Assembly: GCF_964204645.1 (NCBI RefSeq)
Contig: NC_134029.1
Span: 620,001 to 684,000, forward strand
DNA length: 64,000 bases
Origin: Tubulanus polymorphus
Taxonomy: Eukaryota > Animalia > Nemertea
Reading direction: 5' to 3'
The notes beneath the pieces are model-generated. The model made no database searches. It worked only from the letters and a program-made list of their open reading frames with translations, and was not told where the DNA came from. How positions within the stretch are numbered: the first letter of the stretch is position 1; each line of letters starts with the position of its first letter. Shown here piece by piece: positions 1 through 10,292 of the stretch. The position numbers and the translations under genes were made by a program.

Positions 1-586
1 TTGTGAAACACTACTACCAGCACCCTTCTTCGGTCTTAACTACTGTCCTACTGTTCAAATTAAGAATATACAGAGTGATTTTTTTTTACAAATTTCTGTT
101 ATTGCAGTCATTATCAATATCTATATACACTGACTTTACTGTTGAACTGGTTTTTAGGCTCACGTCGCAATTCAGCTTTAAAAACCGACCAAATAACGTG
201 ATTTATACATAGTATACGAACACGCTGTACATTATTAGACTGCGGTGAAAAATGAAATTGATTGAATTTACGAGAAAGAAGCCCCTTCACTGCGTGCCAA
301 TGAAGATTTTTGCCCTCAGCTAAACTGGAAAAACACAACATCACGAGATGTTGTTTAATGTAAATTAGTCGTTGATTGAATGATGTTAATGTTTGTTATA
401 GTTCAAAAAGCAGCATCTTATTTCTATAAACAACATTCAGTAATCACTAGCCCTCCATTCTATAAACAGGTACCTACATTCTATACTTTAGCACTATTTT
501 TGTTCATCCACACTTCACCGGACACGAGACAGCTCGCTTTCAAAAACTGATCGGCCACAATTTCCTTACTTAGTTGGTTGCTATAG

Positions 587-1316
587 CTATGTAGTTAAAC
601 TATATGTAGCAAGGAACTTAGCAAGAAACTTGGATAAGTAAGGTTTTATGATTACGGCTTGGTCTTCAACAGAGACATTTCTTCTAATGGAAAATGAATT
701 ACAAACACCAGACACTGATTGTCCACACTTCACACCAGGAATGTTCGGGGCTGTAGGTTTGTGTGAAGGGGTGAGAGATTGATACCTACACACTACAGTG
801 ACAATCAGCAGCAGAATCTGAGAGAAATATGAGATAAAATCTATCGCAATGATCTGATATCATCTGATATTCGAGTTCGCTCGTAAATAAATAGGGTTGA
901 TTTTCTCATCTTGTCTCAACACGTTATGACTCGACTCGTAGTAAATTCCATTCCGTTTGAGATTTCTTTCATGTTTATATCAATGTCAGTTCGTAGAATG
1001 TTAATAGCTATTTCGGCTTTTAATAAAACCAGTTTTTTATTCTCTATAACCTAAATATTCTTTCTTGAAATTTTGAACAATTCTCGTGACAATAAAAATG
1101 TACCCATTTAACTCGATCAATGATAAATAAAGTTTTATAGAATTCTCCGTCTGGCCATATCACATCGAGACGCTTTGGCTCAGATCAGACCTGAGTCAAA
1201 TTTGGCCCGTGCCTGCCCGTTCACACGCAAACCAATCACTCATTACCAAAATACTAACAAAATGACATTAAGGTGAGTCACTTACAGAACCAGTTTCACC
1301 CGCAATGATTAATCCC
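587..1316 (-). CDS. Possible two terminal exons (1316-1286; 817-587) of a minus-strand gene: GLIIAGETGS|ILLLIVTVVCRYQSLTPSHKP...
   Basis: Exon 1316-1286 has acceptor ttttagcag and donor gtaagt. Exon 817 has acceptor tttctctcag. The phase-0 join reads open to the stop at 587 and gives a hydrophobic TM-like stretch. No recognisable domain. Confidence 0.25.
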
Positions 1317-1333
1317 CTGCTAAAATACTACAC

Positions 1334-1477
1334 CGGCCTGGTCTGACACGGGCCTGGTCTGACACAAGCCTGGTCTGACACGGGCCTGGTCTGACACATG
1401 CCTGGTCTGACACGGGCCTGGTCTGACACGGGCCTGGTCTGACACGGGCCTGGTCTGACACGGGCCTGGTCTGACAC
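1334..1477. repeat. 16-bp minisatellite (GGGCCTGGTCTGACAC)n, about 9 copies
   Basis: Direct tandem copies; explains the repetitive ORFs 1309-1491 and 1328-1519. Confidence 0.95.
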
Positions 1478-1837
1478 TCGTGTGATTCCAATCATAGTCT
1501 CCGGTATTGATGAAATCAATGGGTTTATAATATTTGATCTTAATGAAGTCTTGAGTTTAAATAATGAGGTATATCTCCCATATACAGAGATACAAGTAGT
1601 TCTAACTAATGGCGCAATAATTGAGACATTTTATTCCACCCAAAGGAATCCAGTAAATGTATCATAGATCAAAACATATAACAGACAGTGAATCATTGAA
1701 TTTATATCCTACATTTCATGAAATACGTCCAACACAATCGCAACTATTCATCTATCAAGTGCAATGTATAGCGCCTGAGTACCTTACCAAGCTTGAATAA
1801 TTTAGTTTTTGAAGATTTTCAGGGCAGCAGGACCCCT

Positions 1838-2130
1838 CAGGGGCGGATCCAGGGGCATGTTGTGACCATGTCGACCAATAAAAAGGGCATATATTCTTAA
1901 TTCAGGGTGGAAAGGCATATCAGCAAAGTTTTTGAAATTTTACTATCATTTTAGAGCTTTCTGAGCATCTCTGAGAGGCATTTAGTCAAGAAACATAGGT
2001 TATATATTTATGAGAAATATCTATTGTGTATCTCAGGTGGTTACAACGGCAAATTTTGATACAGAGAACAAATAAAAAGGCACTTTAAAATTCTGACCGT
2101 GTCGGGCAACACGGTCTTAATCCGCCCCTG
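1838..2130. mobile_element. Non-autonomous DNA transposon (MITE), 11-bp TIR CAGGGGCGGAT, 5-bp TSD CCCCT; hAT-like termini
   Basis: caggggcggat at 1838-1848 and atccgcccctg at 2120-2130; cccct at 1833-1837 and 2131-2135; subterminal hairpin gaccgtgt...acacggtc. Confidence 0.8.
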
Positions 2131-3439
2131 CCCCTTCCCTCTTGTTCCGGCAATTGATAAATGCCATGTCGAGGATACAAATGGTACCTTTTAAACTACC
2201 CCGTGCCAGTAGTAGGACCGTATACTAACAAGGCTTAGAATGGGTACATACACATATATATACACTGCATATTGCGAGGTCATATACTTGACTTTTAATT
2301 GTATTCATTAACGATCGGAAAGTTAATTAAAGGTATATACGTCAAGACCGCAGCACATACCGCGCAATTATAACAGATGTCATAAAATCACAATCAATAA
2401 TCACTTCATCAGTTATAAAACCATTGACTGCAAAATCATTCAATACACGACACTAAAACTGAAATACCGTGTGAAAACTAGATCATCCGTTACTTCAAAC
2501 TAAACATTCATCGACCCTGAACACATTTTTATTCATTAAGATTTTTAATTACTACTGCAAGTATTTATAACAGTAAATCGTGGTCCATTAAATGGATTAA
2601 TGATGAGTTTATACGTGAATATTGATCCCGAGCGTTCAATATTCGCATCAGAATATCTTACGGAATTCCCTCGGAATTATCAGTGAAATATAGAGAGCTG
2701 AAATCAACGACTGAATCAACGACTGAATCAACGACGAATCAATGACGCGTATGAAAAACCTATATCCTGTTTGGAGACACAATGGCGAATAAATGAAAAA
2801 GTCGTGTAGCTTTTGATTGTAACAGGAAGAAACGTAGCGAAAAAAACTTCTTTATCCAGCAATAATAAACTCATACACAGAACCACAGCTAGCGGTACGG
2901 AGCTGGTATAGCGAGCTGAGTTTCATTAACAGTTCTGACAGATCAGTTCTTTTAGTAAAAATACAGGCAATGATTAACTGAATGAGTTGCATATTAAAAT
3001 ACGTATCGTGTAATGAACCGAAGCCAGTTGAGAGCTAGCTTACACATTTATCAAGCCCTAATTTTGTGTTTTTACAATCGGAAACAAATTGCGGATTTTT
3101 TTACTGTCTAAGCCCAATTTTGGATTATCTTTTTACGGTTTATAACGGAACAGTTCAAAATGTACACAAAATGTGAGAACTATAAATGGAACTTATAAAC
3201 GTAGCTTCAGACTGAAAAAATGGTCGTTACGTCATATTTCATAGTTAAAACTAGAATGCTGATTTTGAGAGACGATGATAACAGCACGCGACAGTAGTAG
3301 AGATAGTCACGGTCTTCAGACTGCTAACATTCCTAGTTACAACGATCTTCAATAAATATTTATGAGGCAATTTTTGAAGGGATCAAGTTGATGCGTCTTC
3401 GCAACAAACATCAATTTACTGACAACCGTTTAACAGAGG

Positions 3440-3750
3440 AACAGAGAGAAAGAGACAGACAGCGAGAGAGTGAGAGACAGTGAGACAGCGAGAGAGAAAG
3501 AGACAGACAGCGAGAGAGTGACAGACAGCGAGAGAGAAAGAGACAGACAGCGAGAGAGTGAGAGACAGTGAGAAAGAGACAGACAGCGAGAGAGTGAGAG
3601 ACAGCGAGAGAGTGAGAGACAGCGAGAGAGTGAGAGAGAAAGAGACAGACAGCGAGAGAGTGAGAGACAGTGAGAATGAGACAGACAGCGAGAGAGTGAG
3701 AGACAGCGAGAGAGTGAGAGAGAAAGAGACAGACAGCGAGAGACAGTGAG
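3440..3750. repeat. Compound (AG)/(ACAG) microsatellite with higher-order units
   Basis: Repeated gagagaaagagacagacagcgagagagtgagagacag; source of spurious S/L- and R/D/S/E-rich ORFs. Confidence 0.95.
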
Positions 3751-4175
3751 TGTCCAACCTATCTACAATTATATCACACCACACTATAGATAGAGGGGGA
3801 GGGGGTGAGGGTAGCTTTTACTCCCCCACAAAACTGTAGAGATAGAATCTTAGCCTGAAATGCTGAATACACCACTAAGGGTTATTCATATTTATATATT
3901 CAATATTTGCTTTTTTACATACAATTACTCTCTATCTTTAATTCTACATAAATGTTTTCAGAAGAAAACAAAATTTTCAAAACATTTTTTGTTTGCTTTT
4001 TTCCATGGTATTTTCTATGACTATAGTAACAGTTATCATTAGAAACCTCATTTCTTTTTATAAAGGGGGCCGTTCATACAATATGTAGACAGAATTGAGT
4101 TGATTGAAATATTGTCACCAGAGCATGACAGGGTAGTGTTAGTAAACTGAGCATTGAAGTGTTATCAGATAACAA

Positions 4176-4523
4176 TGTCACTACCTGGTGGAAATATTCT
4201 GAACTATTTGCATATTACCCATAAGTAAATCCTTAAAGGGCACTACCGACACTTACTGTGGCAATCAAGGATTCCACTAATGACTAGCGATGATCCACCA
4301 GGTGTCGCTAGAAGTTACTCGATTAATTTCTTCTACATTTTAGTTAAAAATCAATTGAATTTTGAATATTCACTAATAGAAGAGTAGAATAATGAATGAA
4401 TGTGTAAATTCAGTTCATTATGTAATAATGCATGGATTCAGGAGCCTCAAATTTCAGTTGTGAAACTTGATTGATGATGAATTAATTTTAACGACGAGCG
4501 CTGGTCATCACGCCACCTGGTGG
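4176..4523. promoter_or_regulatory. Cluster of three CTCF-like motifs
   Basis: ccaccaggtgtcgcta at 4295-4310 (+); tcacgccacctggtgg at 4508-4523 (-); tgtcactacctggtgg at 4176-4191 (-). All resemble the core CCACCAGGTGGCGC. Confidence 0.4.
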
Positions 4524-4588
4524 AATAGCTGGTGTTCCTCGTTTATTGTAGATTTTACACAAGAAGCGAAGCTTTTTCTCCGACTTAC

Positions 4589-5142
4589 CCTGACCACGTT
4601 CTGAGTCCGGTGATTCCAGGTATCCCAGACTGGAGAATGAAAGATCTCGATCTCGCGGAGGAAGCAACAATTCTAACAAACACAAAAAAAACAACAAAAA
4701 CAAACAAACTTAAAAAACATCAAGAGAAAACACGAATACAAGCAAAAAACTGAATTACTTTGAATGCATTGAATTCTTGGATAATTTTTGCCAAAATTTA
4801 AAAAAAAAACTACAAAATGGATGATTTGTGTCATACTCGGTACTGGGCCCAGGAGATTGAATTTTTTTTTCAACTGAAATATGTGCATAGTTGAAATACC
4901 GAGTGTGAGCAGGAATCAAATGACTAGAAAAGATCAATTAGTTAAAAAATTGATAAAATACAGTCGCGATAAAGCCGTGCTTTTTAGAGACCGGTAACAT
5001 CAGCAGTAGACACCATATTCATAATGTCAAACAAATAGAAACAAAATAAATAAAATACATTCAACAAACAGCAACATTTATCATTCATAGCACGACACTC
5101 AATTCTCTGATGGAATTAGATACAAATATTCACATTCCGTTC

Positions 5143-5173
<31 letters not shown>

Positions 5174-8100
5174 GTTAGACTAGACTTATTGATCATCAAT
5201 GAAATACATGTTTGACAACGAAAAATCAGTCACAACTGTTTTATATCAAACTACAGAATATAATCATAACCAGAATACAAATGATGTCATACAGTAATAA
5301 ATCAGTATACAGCACATGAGACTGCAGCTGAATTGACGACTGATGTATATGAGAGGGTTTTTAAAGCATTTTGATGAAGAAGTTTTTGAATAATTTTGAT
5401 TTGGTAAGGCAACCTGCCCCATTTTACTTCAAACATGAATCCCGAGTCAGAAAATTCATAGATAGAAGTGACTGATCTTTTACGTGATACAACAACGTAG
5501 GGGGGGGGGGGGGTTAGATCAGTTCCACAGTTCTGAGTAGAATTTCATTCTAAAAGAGTTAAACTCATTGAGAATGAACTACAGTAAACTGTGTATGTTT
5601 GCCTCACATCTCACGGGATTAATTAATATTCCTAGCGCGGAACCAAGTGGATTCCAAACGATGACAAGTCGTCATTACATCAGTTGGAAAAGGAAAATTT
5701 TAAAGAATTTGGTCACAAGTGGCAAGCGATTGTCCGAAATACCGGCAGAGTCTGGGGCAATCCGCTCCAAGGCAGGCAAAATCTGGGGTAGTAATCTGCT
5801 ACATGGTTGGCTGCAAAATCTGGGGTAGTAATCTGCTACGTGGCAGGCCACAGTCTACTGTATTGCTGTATAGCTGTGAAACAGAAAATTAAAGACGTTT
5901 CTTACCGTGAGATTTATCATGATAATTAGTAGAACTAATTCCTCCTATATCAATCATTTCATCATCAGTACTACCAGTACTCGCCATACTCAACTGATCT
6001 GCAACTCCTCCTGCTGCTCCTTTACCATTAGAACCAACCGATTTATAAGCTCCTAAATTATTTATAATACAATACATGTATTACATCATTAATTTCCATC
6101 CCTCAACCAACTGAGTCCTACTCAGGGCTACGAGCAATGGTTGACGATAGTTCGTAGCTCAGGCTATCATTAGCGGGTTCCCCTTCAACCCACAAACCTC
6201 CACTCAGCGTATCATTAGCGGGTTCCCCCTCAACCCACAAACCTCCACTCAGGGTATCATTAGCGGGTTCTCCCTCAACCCAAAGACCACCACTCAGGGT
6301 ATCATTAGCAGGTTCCCTCCAACCCACAAACCTCCACTCAGGGTATCATTAGCGGGTCCCCCTCAACCCACAGACCTCCACTCAGGGTATCATTAGCGAT
6401 TTCCCCCTCAACCCAATGACCTCCACTCAGGCTATCATTAGGTCAGAGAAGGACCTTAAACTAAATTCTGCTACCATCAGGATTTAAATGGATTGATGAG
6501 AGACCAGTGACAGATGGGTTAAAGCACTTGACTTTACCACTCTTGCATAATTAATATATCAATACAGTCTTGTTGGCTGCTCTCAGGAAATAAACATGTC
6601 CTGCCCACAATTGATAACTGTTTGAGTTTTTGATACTATTATCATTAGGTAATGATTGCAGGGGTCTCTCGTGTAAGATTATTAAGAAATATGATTTTTA
6701 GGACTGTACCTGAAAATACCGATTCATTATTATTCCAAAAGCTGAAGTTGGTATCAAATTGTAAATGCTCAGGCCTCTGAGCCATTTCTACAATCACTTT
6801 AAATATACTATATTTACAGTACGCAATTCATGGAGTTGATCAGGAATCATGTGATTAACAATAATTGACCTAAATACTGAGAGTTTAGAACCAGGAAATA
6901 TCATTATATATACACATTGACAAATGAGGCTTGATAACCCATTATTAATAGTAAATATTGTATTATGAGGGGTTAATATTAATAGAGTACAGCAGACTCA
7001 TCCTTTACATAGATTAGAGTCTACCCTTACGTAGATTAGAGTCTACCCTTACGTAGATTAGAGTCTACCCATACGTAGATTAGAGTCTACCCTTACGTAG
7101 ATTAGAGTCTACCCTTACGTAGATTAGAGTCTACCCTTACGTAGATTAGAGTCTACCCTTACGTAGATTAGAGTCTACCCTTACGTAGATTAGAGTCTAC
7201 CCATACGTAGATTAGAGTCTACCCTTACGTAGATTAGAGTCTACTCTACAGAATATTTTTCAGAGTAAGAGTTTGAGAAGCGTTTAGAATAAGATATAAT
7301 ACGTAGGATATACTCGATGATAAACTTTAAAACACGATAATTCATATTTTCAACAACCAATCGAGCCAGAATTTAGAATTAGATCAACACGCTAGACAAT
7401 ATTTTCATTTTAAAATCAATCCCGATAGATTCATAAACAATCGCTGAATAAAAATACTACCACCTTAATCAAAAATAAATAAATAAATAACTGATTTTAG
7501 AAAAATTAATCTAATGCTTTTTATTCATGGAGAAAAATCCTTTACCCGAAAGTCAACAATTCTTACCCTTCCAGTTATTCATGTTTATCCTAAAATACAG
7601 AATTCAGAATTGAGCGATACAAGCAGAAGGAAATACTTCATTGAAATTGAATAGACAGACACCAGTCAGTGTTCAGTAGTGATAAATTCTATTACTCAAA
7701 TATAATAAAATGCAAATAAAGTATGAATCAAGTGAATCAAGTCAGAAATATCGTGTAGGCCTATAGCATCATAGAGAACAAGATCTATGCTACAAACAAA
7801 TTGATTCCAGGAGAATCTTAGCAATCTAATCCTTGAGAATATTATGAATCAAGGAGAATCTTAGGAAAGGAATCCAGGAGATTCTTAGGAATTGATTCCA
7901 GGAGAATCTTAGGAATTGATTTCTGGAGAATCTTGGGAATTGATTCCAGGAGAATCTTAGGAATTGATTTCAGGAGAATCTTGGGAATTGATTCCAGGAG
8001 AATCTTAGGAATTGATATCAGGAGAATCTTAAAAATCTAATCTTTGCAATTTAATCCTTGAGAATATTATGAATTGAATCCAGGAGAATGTTAGGAATTG

Positions 8101-8299
8101 AATCCTGAGGAATCTTAGGAATCTTGGTAGAATCATATGTATGAAAAGATGTTGTGTGTTGAGTTGTAAAAGGTAATTGAAATCTACCTGTAGTACGCCC
8201 GCTAGCCATCTGCTTCGCTCTTTTGGCTAGAAGCAACTGATCGGTTTCCATAGCAACTGCATGGCTACGCGGCCATCTGTTTGAAAAAGTACTCACTCC
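4589..8299 (-). CDS. Three internal coding exons of an unidentified protein (8299-8188, 6052-5906, 4672-4589): GVSTFSNRWPRSHAVAMETDQLLLAKRAKQMASGRTTG-AYKSVGSNGKGAAGGVADQLSMASTGSTDDEMIDIGGISSTNYHDKSHE-LLLPPRDRDLSFSSLGYLESPDSERGQ
   Basis: Acceptors ttgcag, atttag, tgttag; donors gtagat, gtaaga, gtaagt. Phases 0-1, 1-1 and 1-1 join into one open frame with Ser/Gly-rich, disordered-looking composition. First and last exons not established. Confidence 0.65.
5147..5173. repeat. (CTG)n microsatellite
   Basis: About 8 ctg units. Confidence 0.9.
5175..5460 (-). mobile_element. Probable decayed LINE (L2/CR1-like) 3' end
   Basis: Minus-strand translation KWGRLPYQIK resembles the WNxLP C-terminal LINE motif, followed by a T-rich UTR and a short repeat tail. 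Confidence 0.3.
6158..6442. repeat. 45-bp minisatellite, about 6 copies (intronic)
   Basis: Unit gtatcattagcgggttccccctcaacccacaaacctccactcagg; gives the 15-aa periodic ORF 6118-6327. Confidence 0.95.
7003..7248. repeat. 22-bp minisatellite (GATTAGAGTCTACCCTTACGTA)n, about 11 copies
   Basis: Near-perfect tandem copies. Confidence 0.95.
7799..8128. repeat. Degenerate 24-bp minisatellite (AATTGATTCCAGGAGAATCTTAGG)n
   Basis: About 13 diverged tandem copies. Confidence 0.9.
8244..8257. promoter_or_regulatory. RFX X-box-like palindrome GTTTCCATAGCAAC inside a putative exon
   Basis: Matches the X-box consensus GTYNCY-AT-RGNAAC; encodes VAMET on the minus strand. Confidence 0.3.
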
Positions 8300-10037
8300 C
8301 TGCAACAATAACATAACAATTACATCATCACTAAAGACTGCATCAGGCCTTTGTAGCGTGGCACCTATAGAGCTGTTGGTGGGATACACTGAGGGACTAT
8401 TGAGTGTCCTATTTACTGCACGGGATGCCGAGTTCACCAGTAGTAGATAGTTGATATAGTGACAATGGTCACTATGGTATTTATCCATCGGTTATCTTTA
8501 ACAAAATTTGAGCTACTGCAGCCCCCCAGCAGGTCTTTAAGTATTTTGTCAAAAATGGCCCCAGATTGAGAACTTTTTATCAGTAACTAACATAATTCAT
8601 GAATACCACCCCTCATGATTACGTAAGACCTTGTTACAAATACATCAATGAGACCAGTCAAAATCAGACCAATTTTACCTACGTAGACAATGTTTAACAG
8701 TTTTATTCAAGGTAAGGGGCTGAAATCAATTGAATTTATGTAATCTATTTACTGTCTGTGACTGTGTGGGCCCAGATTTTATCTACTGATTCAGGTGGCC
8801 TCTGAGGGGCAGAGGTAGAGTTCAACCTGGGGCCAGTGGTGGAACCCTTTCTCTGTGTGGTGGTTTAGCATCACGACGGGGTGTATCCGTGTGTGTGCGT
8901 GTGTGTGTGTGTGGTAGTAGCGGTTGGAGGAGTGAGAATAAATAAAAAAAAGCCCAGTCCTCATCATCCCCCCCCCCCGAGTCCGAGGTTCAGCCGTGAG
9001 ATTACAATTTCAGAGTGTTCCAAATATCGTGCAGTGTTTACCTGTAATCAGGGTTTATCAGTTTGTGATAAGATTAACAGTCAGTTGAGTTTATCAATCA
9101 TTTATTGCTGAAATCCAGAGAATATTCTTCGCACTGTTAATTTTATTTCCGGGTTTGGATCGGATCGGACCACTTTACTGAAGAATATAGAGTCATACCG
9201 CGACGAGTCCGTGCTCGTCATTCACCGGCGCATCGTAACTACATAACCGTTTCAGTCGAACCGTTGACTATCTAAAACCTTAGACTAGAACTCTAAAGCC
9301 AGTCCATGTCTATACGAAGCATTTAAACAGAATCCCGTAACTTTTGGTGGTATAAAATACAGGTCCATTGGAGCAAGTCCACAGTAAGATTGTATTCCAG
9401 AATCTGAAACATCGGACACGAACTGATATTTCACCTCCTGAGTCAAAATGAGAAATGGTCTTGTTTGTGAACTGTATTGATTTGTTGATCATGAAATTAT
9501 ATTGTCTTCTTTACTTAAAATGTCCGATTTGCTCCGTCACTGTTTCGTACTAGATAGTGATAGAGTCTTAACGATAGTGGTTTGCGGTCTGGGTCACCGC
9601 TTCAAAGGAGCGTAGCCTCACGTGCACTGCCACTTGCCCGCACAGAATCGATCATACTAAGTATCGCCATGCGCCACACTAAACCGCCCTATCCCGATCG
9701 GAAAGGCTGAGTATTACCACTAAATTCTACTAAACACATAAGGAACAGTTCATATGCAACGTTTTATTAATCAATAATTCAAACATTTTGTACAATATTG
9801 GATGAAATATGGGAACAAATCACGTCGTTTCAGTAATGCATTAGTCAATTTTAGTCGATGGGTTATGACTCAATCCACTACGCACGAGCGCGAAGCATTA
9901 CTGATGCTTAGGCCGAGTTCGATTCCCTTAAATCCTGGCCAAGTATCGGCTTGTGAGCCTCCCTAAACCACTGCTGTTTATCGCTGATCAAATAATCCAG
10001 ACAAAGATATTCATATAATATAGAAATATGTATAGGT

Positions 10038-10043
10038 TTTATT
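10038..10043 (-). terminator. Candidate poly(A) signal AATAAA of the peptide/EF-hand gene
   Basis: tttatt on the + strand about 250 nt past the stop; a second at 9763-9768. Confidence 0.45.
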
Positions 10044-10292
10044 ATTACGGAATGTTACAAGCTTTAACTGAAGATATGGAATCGTTTGAAGTGTTGCCCG
10101 CTACATCAAGATCGACTAGTACTTTACGAAATCTACTCAAGAATCCTAGAAACTGAGACGAATGACTGATGTTATCATCACAGAATGTAAGCTTTTACAG
10201 ATATGAAGATATGGATATCGTTTTTGGAACGCACAATGAATCAACTATAAGTTAAAGATTCATATTGACTGCAAACTACGGAATTTCACAGT

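Noticed and set aside
1482-1667. Protein-like 61-aa plus ORF
   Set aside because: GTG start, no splice acceptor, no recognisable domain and ambiguous strand.
3416-3784. 122- and 63-aa ORFs
   Set aside because: Translation of an AG-rich microsatellite.
5680-5874. Possible next exon after 5906 (acceptor tttcacag near 5874)
   Set aside because: The intron would be only about 32 nt and the frame stops quickly; it contains only a 27-bp local duplication.
8051-8488. 145-aa ORF as a stand-alone gene
   Set aside because: Only 8299-8188 has splice signals; the 3' part runs into the 24-bp minisatellite.
9270-9440. Possible minus-strand exon EVKYQFVSDVSDSGIQ...
   Set aside because: Plausible acceptor but no good donor compatible with exon 8299.
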